DNA of 64,000 nt from Eledone cirrhosa. Lineage: Eukaryota. Each line of letters starts with the position of its first letter. The first letter of the stretch is position 1. The notes under the pieces are model-generated. The model saw only the letters and a program-made list of their open reading frames with translations, did not search any database and was not told the DNA's origin. The stretch lies in the NCBI GenBank assembly GCA_964016885.1, contig OZ024743.1, positions 354,020,001-354,084,000 on the forward strand, given 5' to 3'. Below are positions 18,001 to 33,305 of the stretch, one piece after another. The translations under genes were made by a program, and so were the position numbers.

Positions 18001-21000
18001 ACAACCACTTCCAACACCAACAGACCACCAATACAACCACTAACAACACCAACAGACCACCATTACAACCACTTACAACACCAACAGGCCACCAATAGAA
18101 CCACTAACAACACCTACAGACCACCATTACAACCACTAACCACACCAACAGACCACCAATACAACCCCTAACAACACCAACAGACCACCATTACAACCAC
18201 TAACAACACCAACAGACCACCAATAGAACCCCTAATAACACCAACAGACCACCATTACAACCACTAACCACACCAACAGACCACCAATACAACCCCTAAC
18301 AACACCAACAGACCACCAATACAACCACTAACAACACCAACAGACCACCAATAGAACCACTAACAACACCAACAGACCACCAATAGAACCACTAACAACA
18401 CCAACAGACCACCAATACAACCAGTACCAACACGAACAGACCACCAATACAACACTAACAACACCAACAGTCCACCAATAGAACCACTAACAACACCAAC
18501 AGACCACCAATGCAACCACCACCATCACCAACAGACCACCAATACAACCACTACCAACACAAAGAGACCACCATTACAACCACCAACACCACCAACAGAC
18601 CACCAATACAACCACTAACAACACCAACAGACCACCAATAGAACCACTAACAACACCAACAGACCACCAATAGAACCACTAATAACACCAACAGACCACC
18701 AATACAACCACTACCAACACCAATAGACCACCAATAGAACCACTACCAAGAGACCACCATTACAACCACTAACAACACCAACAGACCACCAATACAACCA
18801 CTAACAACACCAACAGACCACCATTACAACCACTAACCACACCAACAGACCACCAATACAACCCCTAACAACACCAACAGACCACCAATACAACCACTAA
18901 CAACACCAACAGACCACCAATAGAACCACTAACAACACCAACAGACCACCAATAGAACCACTAACAACACCAACAGACCACCAATACAACCAGTACCAAC
19001 ACGAACAGACCACCAATACAACACTAACAACACCAACAGTCCACCAATAGAACCACTAACAACACCAACAGACCACCAATGCAACCACCACCATCACCAA
19101 CAGACCACCAATACAACCACTACCAACACAAAGAGACCACCATTACAACCACCAACACCACCAACAGACCACCAATACAACCACTAACAACACCAACAGA
19201 CCACCAATAGAACCACTAACAACACCAACAGACCACCAATAGAACCACTAATAACACCAACAGACCACCAATACAACCACTACCAACACCAATAGACCAC
19301 CAATAGAACCACTACCAAGAGACCACCATTACAACCACTAACAACACCAACAGACCACCAATACAACCACTAACTACACCAACAGACCCCAATACAAACA
19401 CTAACAACACCAACAGACCACCAATACAACCACTAACAACACCAACAGACCACCAATACAACCACTAACAACACCAACAGACCACCATTACAACCACTAC
19501 CAACACCAACAGACCACCATTACAACCACTCCCAACACCAAGAGACCACCATTACAACCACCAGCACCAACAACAGACCACCAATAGAACCACCATCAAC
19601 ACCAGCAGACCACCATTACAACCACTACCGAGACTAACAGACCACGATTACAACCATTAACAACACCAAGAGACCACCATTACAACCACTACCAACACCA
19701 ACAGACCACCATTACAACCACCACCAACAGACCAAAAATAGAACCGCGAACAACACCAACAGACCCCCATTACAACCACCACCACCACCAACAGACCACC
19801 AATAGAACCACTAACAACACCAATAGACCACCGTTAAAACCACCACCACCACCAACAAACCACCAATAGAACCACTACCAACACCAACAGACCACCATTA
19901 CAACAATTAACAACACCCAACACACCACCAATACAACCACTAACAACAGTAACAGACCAGCATTACCACCACTAACAACACCAACTGACCATCATTACAA
20001 CCACTAACAACACCAACAGACCAGCATTACAACACTAACAACACCAACAGACCACCATTACAACCACTAACATAACCAACAGACCACCATTACAACCACT
20101 CACAACACCATTAAACCACCATTACCACCACTAACAACACAAACAGACCACCATTACAACCACTAATATCACCAACAGACCACCATTACAACCACTAACA
20201 ACACCTAAATACCCCCATTACAACCACTACCAACACCAACAGACCACCAATACAACCACTAACAACACCAACAGACCACCAATAGCACCACTACCAACAC
20301 CAACAGACCACCATTACAACAACTACCAACACCAACAGACCACCATTACAACCACCACCACCACCAACAGACCAAAAATAGAACCGCTAACAACACCAAC
20401 AGACCACCATTACAACCACCACCAAACCACCAACAGACCACCAATAGAACCACTAACAACACCAACAGACCACCATTATAACCATCACCAACACCAACAG
20501 ACCACCAATAGGACCACTACCAACTCCAACAGACCACCATTACAACCACTAACAACACCAACAGACGACCATTACAACCCCTAACAACACCAACAGACCA
20601 CCATTACAACCACTAACCACACGAACAGACCACCAATACCACCCCTAACAACACCAACAGACCACCATTACAACCACTAACAACACCAACAGACCACCAA
20701 TAGAACCCCTAATAACAACAACAGACCACCATTACAACCACTAACCACACCAACAGATCACCAATACAATCCCTAACAACACCAACAGACCACAAATACA
20801 ACCACTAACAACACCAACAGACCACCAATAGAACCACTAACAACACCAACAGACCACCAATAGAAGCACTAACAACACCAACAGACCACCAATACAACCA
20901 GTACCAACACGAACAGACCACCAATACAACATTAACAACACCAACAGTCCACCAATACAACCACTAACAACACCAACAGACCACCAATGCAACCACCACC

Positions 21001-24000
21001 ACCACCAACAGACCACCAATACAACCACTACCAACACAAAGAGACCACCATTACAACCACCAACACCACCAACAGACCACCAATACAACCACTAACAACA
21101 CCAACAGACCACCAATAGAACCACTAACAACACCAACAGACCACCAATAGAACCACTAATAACACCAACAGACCACCAATACAACCACTACCAACACCAA
21201 TAGACCACCAATAGAACCACTACCAAGAGACCACCATTACAACCACTAACAACACCAACAGACCACCAATACAACCACTAACAACACCAACAGATCACCA
21301 TTACAACCACTAACAACACCAACAGACTCCAATAGAACCACTAACAACACCAACAGACTACCAATAGAACCACTAACAACACCAACATACCACCAATATA
21401 ACCACTAACAACACCAACAGACCACCAATACAACCACTACCAACACCAATAGACCACCAATATAACCACTACCAACACCAACAGACCACCATTACAACCA
21501 CTTACAACACCAACAGGCCACCAATAGAACCACTAACAACACCTACAGACCACCATTACAACCACTAACAACACCCAACAGACCACCATTACAACCACTA
21601 ACAACACCCAACAGACCATCATTACAACCACTACCAACTCCAACAGACCACCATTACAACCACTAACAACACCAACAGACCACCATTACAACCACTAACA
21701 ACACTAACAGACCACCATTACAACCACTAACAACACCAACAGACCATCATTACAACCACTAACAACACCAACATACCACCATTACAACCACTACCAACAC
21801 CAACAGACCACCATTACAACCACTAACAACACCAACAGACCACCATTACAACCACTACCAACACCAACAGACCACCATTACAACCACCACCACCACTCAC
21901 AGACCACCATTACAACCACTACCACCACCAACAGACCACCAATAGAACTACTAACAACACCAACAGACCACCATTACAACCACTACCAACACCAACAGAC
22001 CACCATTACAACCACCCCCACCACCAACCGACCACCAATACAACCACTACCAACACCAACAGACCACCAATACAACCACTACCAACTCCAACAGACCACC
22101 ATTACAACCACTAACAACACCAACAGACCACCATTACAACCACTAACAACACCAACAGACCACCATTACAACCACTAACAACACCCAAATACCCCCATTA
22201 CAACCACTAACAACACCAACAGACCACCATTACAACCACTTACAACACCAACAGGCCACCAATAGAACCACTAACAACACCTACAGACCACCATTACAAC
22301 CACTAACCACACCAACAGACCACCAATACAACCCCTAACAACACCAACAGACCACCATTACAACCACTAACAACACCAACAGACCACCAATAGAACCCCT
22401 AATAACACCAACAGACCACCATTACAACCACTAACAACACCAACAGACCACCAATAGAACCACTAACAACACCAACAGACCACCAATAGAACCACTAACA
22501 ACACCAACAGACCACCAATACAACCAGTACCAACACGAACAGACCACCAATACAACACTAACAACACCAACAGTCCACCAATAGAACCACTAACAACACC
22601 AACAGACCACCAATGCAACCACCACCATCACCAACAGACCACCAATACAACCACTACCAACACAAAGAGACCACCATTACAACCACCAACACCACCAACA
22701 GACCACCAATACAACCACTAACAACACCAACAGACCACCAATAGAACCACTAACAACACCAACAGACCACCAATAGAACCACTAATAACACCAACAGACC
22801 ACCAATACAACCACTACCAACACCAATAGACCACCAATAGAACCACTACCAAGAGACCACCATTACAACCACTAACAACACCAACAGACCACCAATACAA
22901 CCACTAACAACACCAACAGAACACCATTACAACCACTAACAACACCAACAGACTCCAATAGAACCACTAACAACACCAACAGACTACCAATAGAACCACT
23001 ACCAACACCAATAGACCACCAATATAACCACTACCAACACCAACAGACCACCATTACAACCACTTACAACACCAACAGGCCACCAATAGAACCACTAACA
23101 ACACCTACAGACCACCATTACAACCACTAACAACACCCAACAGACCACCATTACAACCACTAACAACACCCAACAGACCATCATTACAACCACTACCAAC
23201 TCCAACAGACCACCATTACAACCACTAACAACACCAACAGACCACCATTACAACCACTAACAACACTAACAGACCACCATTACAACCACTAACAACACCA
23301 ACAGACCATCATTACAACCACTAACAACACCAACATACCACCATTACAACCACTACCAACACCAACAGACCACCATTACAACCACTAACAACACCAACAG
23401 ACCACCATTACAACCACCCCCACCACCAACCGACCACCAATACAACCACTACCAACACCAACAGACCACCAATACAACCACTACCAATTCCAACAGACCA
23501 CCATTACAACCACTAACAACACCAACAGACCACCATTACAACCACTAACAACACCCAAATACCCCCATTACAACCACTACCAACACCAACAGACCACCAA
23601 TACAACCACTAACAACACCAACAGACCACCATTACAACCACTTACAACACCAACAGGCCACCAATAGAACCACTAACAACACCTACAGACTACCATTACA
23701 ACCACTAACAACACTCAACAGACCACCATTACAACCACTAACAACACCCAACAGACCATCATTACAACCACTACCAACTCCAACAGACCACCATTACAAC
23801 CACTAACAACACCAACAGACCACCATTACAACCACTAACAACACTAACAGACCACCATTACAACCACTAACAACACCAACAGACCACCAATGCAACCACT
23901 ACCAACACCAACAGACCACCAATACAACCACTAACAACACCAACAGTCCACCAATACAATCACTAACAACACCAACAGACCACCAATACAACCACTACCA

Positions 24001-27000
24001 ACACCAACAGACCACCATTATAACCACTAACAACACCAACAGACCACCATTACAACCACCACCACCACTAACAGACCACCATTACAACCACTACCACCAC
24101 CAACAGACCACCAATAGAACCACTAACAACACCAACAGACCACCATTACAACCACTACCAACACCAACAGACCACCATTACAACCACCACCACCACCAAC
24201 AGACCACCAATACAACCACTACCAACACCAACAGACCACCAATACAACCACTACCAACACCAACAGACCACCATTACAACCACTCCCAACACCAAGAGAC
24301 CACCATTACAACCCCCAGCACCAACAACAGACCATCAATAGAACCACTATCAACACCAGCAGACCACCATTACAACCACTAACAACATCAACAGACCACA
24401 ATTACAACAACTAACAACACCAACAGACCACCATTACAACCACTACCGACACTAACAGACCACGATTACAACCATTAACAACACCAACAGACCACCATTA
24501 CAACCACTACCAACACCAACAGACCACCATTACAACCACCACCACCACCAACAGACCAAAAATAGAACCGCTAACAACACCAACAGACCACCATTACAGC
24601 CACCACCACCACCACCAACAGACCACCAATAGAACCACTAACAACACCAATAGACCACCGTTACAACCACCACCACCACCAACAAACCACCAATATAACC
24701 ACTACCAACACCAACAGACCACCATTACAACCACCACCACCACTAACAGACCACCATTACAACCACTAACAACACCAACAGACCACCATTACAACAAATA
24801 ACAACACCCAACACACCACCAATACAACCACAAACAACACTAACAGACCACCATTACAACCACTAACAACACCAACAGACCACCATTACAAACACTAACA
24901 ACACCAACAGACCAGCATTAAAACACTAACAACACCAACAGACCAACATTACAACCACTAACATCACCAACAGACCACCATTACAACCACTCACAACATC
25001 AATAAACCACCATTACCACCACTAATAGCATGAACAGTCCACCAATAAAACTACTAACAACACCAACAAACTACCATTTCAACCACTAACAACACCAACA
25101 GATCACCATTACAACCACTACCAACACCCAACAGACCACCATTACAACCACTAACAACACCAACAGACCACAAATACAACCACTAACAACACCAACAGAC
25201 CACCAATACAACCTCTAACAACACCAACAGACCACCATTACAACCACTAACAACACCAACAGACCAACATTACAACCACTAACAACACCCAAATACCCCC
25301 ATTACAACCACTACCAACACCAACAGACCACCAATACAACCACTAACAACACCAACAGACCACCAATAGCACCACTACCAACACCAACAGACCACCATTA
25401 CAACAACTACCAACACCAACAGACCACCATTACAACCACCACCAAACCACCAACAGACCACCAATAGAACCACTAACAACACCAACAGACCACCATTACA
25501 ACCACTAATAACACCCAAATACCCCCATTACAACCACTACCAACACCAACAGACCACCAATACAACCACTAACAACACCAACAGACCACCAATAGCACCA
25601 CTACCAACACCAACAGACCACCATTACAACCACTAACAACACCAACAGACCACCATTACAACCACTAACAACACCAACAAACCACCAATAGAACCACTAA
25701 CAACACCAACAGACCACCAATACAAACACCACCACCACCAACAGACCACCAATACAACCACTACCAACACCAAGAGACCACCATTACAACCACCACCACC
25801 ACCAACAGACCACCATTACAACCACCACCACCACCAACAGACCAAAAATAGAACCGCTAAAAACACCAACAGACCCCCATTACAACCACCACCAAACCAC
25901 CAACAGACCACCAATAGAACCACTAACAACACCATCAGACCACCATTACAACCACTACCAACACCAACAGACCAGCCTTACAACACTAACAACACCAACA
26001 GACCACCATTACAACCACTAACAACACCAACAGACCACCATTACAACCACTAACAAAACCAACAAACCACCAATAGAACCACTAACAACACCAACAGACC
26101 ACCAATACAAACACCACCACCGCCAACAGACCACCAATACAACCACTACCAACACCAAGAGACCACCATTACAACCACCACCACCACCAACAGACCACCA
26201 TTGCAACCATCACCAACACCAACAGACCACCAATACAACAACTACCAGCTCCAACAGACCACCATTACAACCACTAACAACACCAACAGACCACCAATAC
26301 AACCACTAACAACACCAACAGACCACCATTACAACCACTAACAACACCAATAGACCACCAATATAACCAGTACCAACACCAACAGACCACCATTGCAACC
26401 ACTTACAACACCAACAGGCCACCAATAGAACCACTAACAACACCTACAGACCACCATTACAACCACTAATAACACCCAACAGACCACCATTACAACCACT
26501 AACAACAACCAACAGACCATCATTACAACCACTACCAACTCCAACAGACCACCATTACAACCACTAACAACACCAACAGGCCACCATTACAACCACTAAC
26601 AACACTAACAGACCACCATTACAACCACTAACAACACCAACAGACCACTATTACAACCACTAACAACACCACAGACCACCAATAGAACCACTAACAACAC
26701 CAACAGACCACCAATACAACCACTACCAACACCAACAGACCACCAATACAACCACTACCAACACCAACAGACCACCAATACAGCCACTACCAACACCAAC
26801 AGACCACCAATACAACCACTAACAACACCACAGACCACCAATACAATCACTAACAACACCAACAGACCACCAATACAACCACTACCAACACCAACAGACC
26901 ACCAATACAACCACTAACAACACCAATAGACCACCATTACAACCACTAACAACACCAATAGACCACCATTACAACCACTAACAACACCAACAGACCACCA

Positions 27001-27077
27001 ATACAACCACTAACAACACCAACAGACCAGCATTACAACCATCAACAACCCCAATAGACCACCATTACAACCACTAA
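1..27077. repeat. 32-bp tandem satellite, consensus AACAACACCAACAGACCACCATTACAACCACT, ~840 units, open at the left window edge
   Basis: AACAGACC recurs at 21 and 53 and with the same ~32-bp period throughout. Common variants are ATT/AAT, ACA/AGA and TAAC/TACC, with occasional 31, 33 and 35-bp units. The array ends at ~27077. Confidence 0.97.
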
Positions 27078-27256
27078 GAGCAATGGCCCTACCACTAGCA
27101 ACCCTCCCCCCTCTACCGACCACCACTAATAAAAACAATAACAACACAGAAATAAAGAACATTTATTACTATTTCCACTAATCGAAGCATACAACATGGG
27201 ATAATAAATTTCACATTTGTTGGGACGCCACCGTCAACTCCATTACACAATACCCT

Positions 27257-27930
27257 CAAACTGCAACACCACTACTATCACCACTACTACTACCACTATT
27301 GCCGTCAGTATCGCCACCACCACCACCACCGCCAGCCACAACTATCAATACTATTGTCGTTAGTATCGCCACCACCACCACCACCACCGCCACCACTATT
27401 GACGTCACCACCGCCACCGCCACTGCCGTCGCGGCCACCACCACCACCACCACCACCACCAGCACCAGTACCACCAACACAACCACAACTATCACCACCT
27501 CCATCACCACCATCACCACCGCCGCCACGACTACCACCACAACTATAACCACCACCAATACCTCCATTACCACCACCAACACCACCATCACCACCACCAC
27601 TACCACCACTACCACCATCTCCACCCCACCGCCACTACCACCACCTACACCACCGCCACAACTATCACCACCACCACCGCCACTACCACAACTACCACCA
27701 CCACCACACAACCACCGCCACAACTACCATCGCCACCACCACTACCACCACTACCACCACTACCACCACGTCCACCACCGCCACAACTATTAACACCACC
27801 ACCACTACCACCACCATCACCACCACCAGCACAACTACCAACACCACCCTCATAACCGCCAGCACCCCCACCATCGCCACAACTACCAACACCACCATCA
27901 TCATTATTACCACTACGATCACCACAGCTA
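27257..27930. repeat. Degenerate (ACC/ACT/GCC)n trinucleotide low-complexity tract
   Basis: Imperfect triplets; the ORFs here are poly-T/P/H/V/G artefacts. Confidence 0.9.
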
Positions 27931-28205
27931 ATAATTAACAAAAGATAAACCATTTAACTTGAACCAACAACAAACTGTAATAGGAAACCAAATAAAAATA
28001 TAAAAGAGGCCACGAAGAACCCCTCCCTCCCCGCTTCCTTGAAATAAGCTGCAAGGAAAAACAAAACAAGCAATAAATAAGGAGGAACTCATTATTCCTT
28101 CCAGGTATGGATGGGTGTATTTTTTCGTTGTCTATATATTTAGTTTTATTTCAAAATAACATGTCTTTCCCTGACTAAATAGTTGATGGTCGATAGTGTT
28201 CAGAG

Positions 28206-29382
28206 TGTATGTATGTATGTATGTATGTATGTATGTATGTATGTATGTATGTATGTATGTATGTATGTATGTATGTATGTATGTATGTATGTATGCGTGT
28301 GTGTATGTATGCGTGTATATATGTTTGTATGTATGCGTGTATGTATGTTCGTATGTTTGTATGTATGTATGTATGTATGTATGTATGTATGTATGTATGT
28401 ATGCGTGTATGTATGTATGCGTGTATATATGTTTGTATGTATGTTTGTATGTTTGTATGTTTGTATGTATGTATGCATGTTTGTATGTATGTATGTATGT
28501 ATGCGTGTATGTATGCGTGTATATATGTTTATATGTATGCGTGTATGTATGTTTGTATGTTTGTATGTATGTATGCATGTTTGTATGTATGTATGTATGT
28601 ATGTATGTATGTATGTATGTATGTATGTATGTATGTATGTATGCGTGTGTGTATGTATGCGTGTATATATGGTTGTATGTATGCGTGTATGTATGTTTGT
28701 ATGTATGTATGCATGTTTGTATGTATGTTTGTATGTATGTTTGTATGCATGTTTGTATGTATGTATATATGTTTGTATGTATGTATGTTTGTATGTATGT
28801 ATGTTTGTATGTATGTTTGTATGTATGTATGTTTGTATGTATGTTTGTATGTATGTATGTTTGTATGTATGTTTGTATGTGTGTATGCATGTATGTATGT
28901 ATGTATGTTTGTATGTATGTATGTATGCATATTTGTATGTATGTATGTTTGTATGTATGTATGCATGTTTAAATGTTAGTATATACGCATGTATGTATCC
29001 ATGTCTTTATGTATGTATGTGTGTATGCATGTACGTTTGTATGCACGTATGTATGTATGTATGTATGAAGGTATCTATGTATATATGTTTGTAAGTATGT
29101 ATGTATTTATGTATGTATGTATATGTGTGTGTGTGGTGTGTATGCATATACATATATTACACAAATACATATATACAAATGCATGTATATATATATATAT
29201 ATATATGTAAGTATATATGTATTCAAGTATGTATGCATGTGTATAAGTGTATATAAGTATAAGTATATATGTAAGTATATATGTAAGTATATATGTAAGT
29301 ATGTATGTATGCATGTGTGTATGTATGTAAGTATATATGTATGCATGTATGTATATATCTATGTATGTATGTATGTATGTAC
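28206..29382. repeat. (GTAT)n microsatellite with interrupted variants
   Basis: Long GTAT runs with GTTT/GCGT/GCAT variants, decaying into TA/TAAG-rich sequence. Confidence 0.95.
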
Positions 29383-29620
29383 GAGTAGAAAAGGGGGACA
29401 GTGAGATATATAGGGATACTGGGATTAAGGAAGCCATTGGAACCACCGGTAACACCACTATTACATCTTAGCCCCCCAAAACCCTTAGAAAATAAGCAGA
29501 ATGACAAACCTACAGGCAAAATAAAATCTTTAGTTAAATTCTGACGGCTCAAAACATCCTTCATCCTACGTCATTTTAAACCGCCATTTGTTTCACTCAT
29601 GTTTATCTGCCCCTACCCCA

Positions 29621-29661
29621 ATCATCATCGTCATCCTCTATCATCATCATCATCATCGTCG

Positions 29662-29709
<48 letters not shown>

Positions 29710-29991
29710 CCACCATTATCATGAATATTACCATCATCATCATCATCATCACTGTCTTCCTTATCCACTCCTCCTGCTCTCCCTTCCGTCCCCACTCCAC
29801 ATCATCAACACAAACACGCCCATCATCATCATCATTACCACCCTCTCCTTCGTCTTCCTCCTCCTCCTACTCCTCCTCCTCTTTAACCCCCCCCCTTCCT
29901 CCTCATCGTCATCATCACCATTGTTATTATAGTTATCTTAATGTTTCCCCTCATCCCCCCACTACTACCACTACTGCTACTACCACTACTG

Positions 29992-30034
<43 letters not shown>

Positions 30035-30050
30035 CAACTCCAAGACCACC

Positions 30051-30119
<69 letters not shown>

Positions 30120-30280
30120 GTCATTATTATCATTACCATTATTATTATTCCGAAAAGTAAAAAAAAAAAGGACCAAACTAACAAAAACCAAAATCATAAA
30201 TAAAATAAAACAAAATAAAATAAAATAAAATAAAATAAAATAAAATAAAATAAAATAAAATAAAATAAAATAAAATAAAA
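29621..30280. repeat. Compound microsatellite: (ATC)n, (TCC)n, (ACT)n, (TAAAA)n
   Basis: (ATC)n ~29621-29750, (ACT)n ~29960-30120, (TAAAA)n ~30200-30280. Confidence 0.93.
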
Positions 30281-30739
30281 CAGCAACAAATACAACAAGC
30301 TCTCATTAATGCTTGCAGATTATGTTATGTCCACTGCATTTAGATTGGGAATGAGTTAAGCACCAAGGCATGAAATTAGAAATGGCAGTAAAAGAGGAGC
30401 AACAGAGATTTCTTCGCTAAAATCCAATTGCACTTTTTATCCTTTTATGAACGAACAGCTGAATATGTCGTGTGTCTCCAACTATATTATTGGAAACTCT
30501 TCTTTTGCCTTCATGTAATGTCAATGAAATCGATCAAACACGCATCATTATCGCTCGGCCAACACCATTCCTACACAGACAAGGATTAAATTGACATTGA
30601 AGGGTAGTTAGTGTAGTGTGTTGTAGTATAGTGTGGTGTAGTGGCGGAGACGTGTCATGGTGTAGCGTGTAAGTGTGTATGTGTGTGTGTGGTGGGAGTC
30701 GGGGTGTGGTGTGTCGTTGTTGATGTGGGGCATCATTAT

Positions 30740-30768
30740 ACATATGTATATATTTATGTGTGTTAAAT

Positions 30769-30811
<43 letters not shown>

Positions 30812-30851
30812 CGTATATATATATATGTATATATATATATGTGTGTTAAAT

Positions 30852-30910
<59 letters not shown>

Positions 30911-30924
30911 TATACATCTATATA

Positions 30925-30968
<44 letters not shown>

Positions 30969-31036
30969 CGTTTGTTTATACACATATACTTACACTCATA
31001 TACACATACGTATTTATGTATGTATATATATGTATA

Positions 31037-31106
<70 letters not shown>

Positions 31107-31153
31107 CATTAACGCACACACAGAGATATATATATACACACACACATAAATAC

Positions 31154-31201
<48 letters not shown>

Positions 31202-31232
31202 GTATTTATGTGTATATATATATATATATAAC
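30740..31232. repeat. (TA)n/(CA)n compound microsatellite with a local duplication
   Basis: ATGTGTGTTAAATACACACAC occurs twice (~30757 and ~30839), among long TA runs. Confidence 0.93.
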
Positions 31233-32759
31233 GTATGTTTTCATATCCTACATGTCATTGCATTTCTTTCACACATAATCTTAGTTTGTTACAAGTCTCA
31301 TTTGTTTTCTTTCTCTGTTTATTATATTCCCACATCGCACTATGGACCGCTTCCATGTGACACTTTCATCTTACACCTTAATTTATTCTCTACACCACTG
31401 TCCTCCTTTTATCCCCCCTCTCTCTCTCTTTCTCTCGTTCTCTCACTCTTTCTCTCTCTATTTCTCTCTCTCTCTCTTTCTCTCTATTCTTTCATTTTCT
31501 AATTTTCTCGTTTAATCCTGATCCTCTTTTCATCACATCTAATTTTCTCTCTAGTTGAACCTTTATTTGGATCTCTTTATTTCCACTTTCGCTATACTTC
31601 ACAGAAGCACATGCACACATAAGCATGTATGGGCATAATTTTCTGTTTATCTATTTCTATTTCTCAGTCACTTTCTGACTCTCTCACATTATCCCCTTAT
31701 CATTTTCACTTTCTATCTTTGTTTCCTTGTCTCGTTTTTGTTTTCATTTCCATTCACTTCTCTATTATTTTTCTCATTACTAAAAAATCCTCCCAATTTT
31801 CTTTACTTCCTTAGTTTCTAGCAGTTTCTTTTATTCCATCTCATTTTCAAAATATAATACAGTTTTTCTCTACTCACATTCTTTCCATCTTTCTCTTTCC
31901 AACTGCTGTTATTTTTCCTTCTCACGAATTCCTATTTTCTTTTTAACTATCTTAACTTTCCACCTCCATCACACTCATTCTTCTCTTATCGTTTTAAATA
32001 CACACATTATTAATTTGGTTCTGTGCTTATTTTATTAGATTAATGTAAATGAATTTAGCAAATACTAATTTTTTTACTGTTCATGAAATGTACGTCTTTC
32101 TGAAGCCTCTACAATCTGTTTCCAATATGTTTGAAATGTTTATTAAATATATACATACATACATGCATGCATAGATATATACAGATACACCCATATACTC
32201 ACACACGCACATACACACATATCGGCGGCTTTCTTTGCCGTAAGTCCATATAAAAGTCTCCACCCCCTTTAGTTTCTACAAGGTTCCATGAAAAGCCAAC
32301 AACTGCCCATACCTCACACCCTTTGTCTCCAGTATAGAGGTAGACGTAATCAGAAAGGAGTTGAAGACAACGTAGGACTGCATTAAAAACTCTGGTGCCA
32401 GATTTGCTACTAGGGTTTGTTCTCGATGCTTTTTTCACGAAAGAGCATATCCGTGAATGCAGTGGTTTCTCTTCTCGAGTTTACCAGTCTCATCCACCAA
32501 ATGCACAAGTTTTAAAACAATAATACCTAACATCATTGCACATTCTCTACTTCCACCGGATTTACAGACTAAGCCGCCCGAGAAGGTTAGGAGTCGGCTT
32601 TGGTTGCCAGCGGTTGTTTAGATTGTGACAGCGTGTTCCTGTTAATATTCTAGAGCTTGACAACCTGTGTTGGCGATGATGTCGAGCAACAAAATCTAAC
32701 CTGTAGGGAAAGAATTCTTAAGAGGAGTATTTGATCAACTCAGGAAAATATTAGTATTG

Positions 32760-32880
32760 TAAGGTTTGGGTTAACCGCAGTTTATGGTAAATGACATTTG
32801 CCCAAAATGCTACATAGTAGGATCGAACCAAGAATCTTATGATTGCGAAGGAAACCGCTTAAATATTTGGCCAGACTGCA
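32760..32880 (-). mobile_element. Degenerate tRNA-derived SINE fragment (second family, CORE-like)
   Basis: Reverse strand reads GGTTCGATCCTACTATGTAGCATTTTGGGCAAATGTC, a B-box plus a CORE-like motif, similar to 52170-52318. Confidence 0.45.
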
Positions 32881-33140
32881 TCAAAGATTTAAGTTTTAAT
32901 GCTTAACCGTACAGGATGATATAGTGATAGGCATAAGTAGATATCTAGACAGAGAAATAGGAGGGAAACCCACCAGTAGACTTATTAAAAGTTCACCCAA
33001 TTTCTAAAAATAGGAAAGACATCTTGGTTAATTTAATGTTAAATATACTGTGTGCATATTTTATGCCAAAATACCCCGAACAAAACAAACTAAGTATGAA
33101 TATACTTATGATGAGACAAAAGAAACAATATTATTCAAGA

Positions 33141-33305
33141 GGGTAGGACGCCATGCTTTGACGCATAGAGTTACGGCCCTTGCCATTCTGAGTTCAAATC
33201 CCGCCGAGGTTAACTTTGCCTTTCATCCTTACGGGGTCGATAAAATAAAGTACCAGTAATACACTGAGTAATTTCTGGCCTTGTGCCTAACGTAGAAATA
33301 ATTAT
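33141..33305 (+). mobile_element. tRNA-derived SINE family A, 5'-truncated
   Basis: B-box GAGTTCAAATCC, central TTTGCCTTTCATCCTTACGGGGTCGATAAAATAAAGTACCAGT and tail GGCCTTGTGCC...GTAGAAA, shared with four other copies in the window. Confidence 0.88.

Noticed and set aside
1095-22400. Telomeric CCCTAA within ACAACCCCTAAC variants
   Set aside because: Isolated single-base variants of ACCACTAAC, never tandem.
289-26206. Hydrophobic V/L/W/G/C ORFs or a mucin-like Thr-rich gene in the satellite
   Set aside because: The 32-bp unit shifts frame every copy and TAA/TAG stops are frequent; the ORFs are chance products.
1-27077. CRISPR array (32-bp repeats)
   Set aside because: Units are head-to-tail with no unique spacers, there are no cas genes, and the context is eukaryotic.
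1-27077. GLI/RUNX-like sites (GACCACCA, AACCAC) in each monomer
   Set aside because: Imperfect matches are expected in AC-rich sequence; no independent support.
27256-31231. Long ORFs (poly-T/P/H, MYVC, YI repeats)
   Set aside because: Translations of microsatellites; the same applies to YI/CV/HT ORFs elsewhere in the window.
32199-32700. Protein-like minus-strand ORF (LLSDYVYLYTGDKGCEVWAVVGF...)
   Set aside because: No recognisable motif, stops in neighbouring frames and no consistent splice structure; cannot be called without a search.
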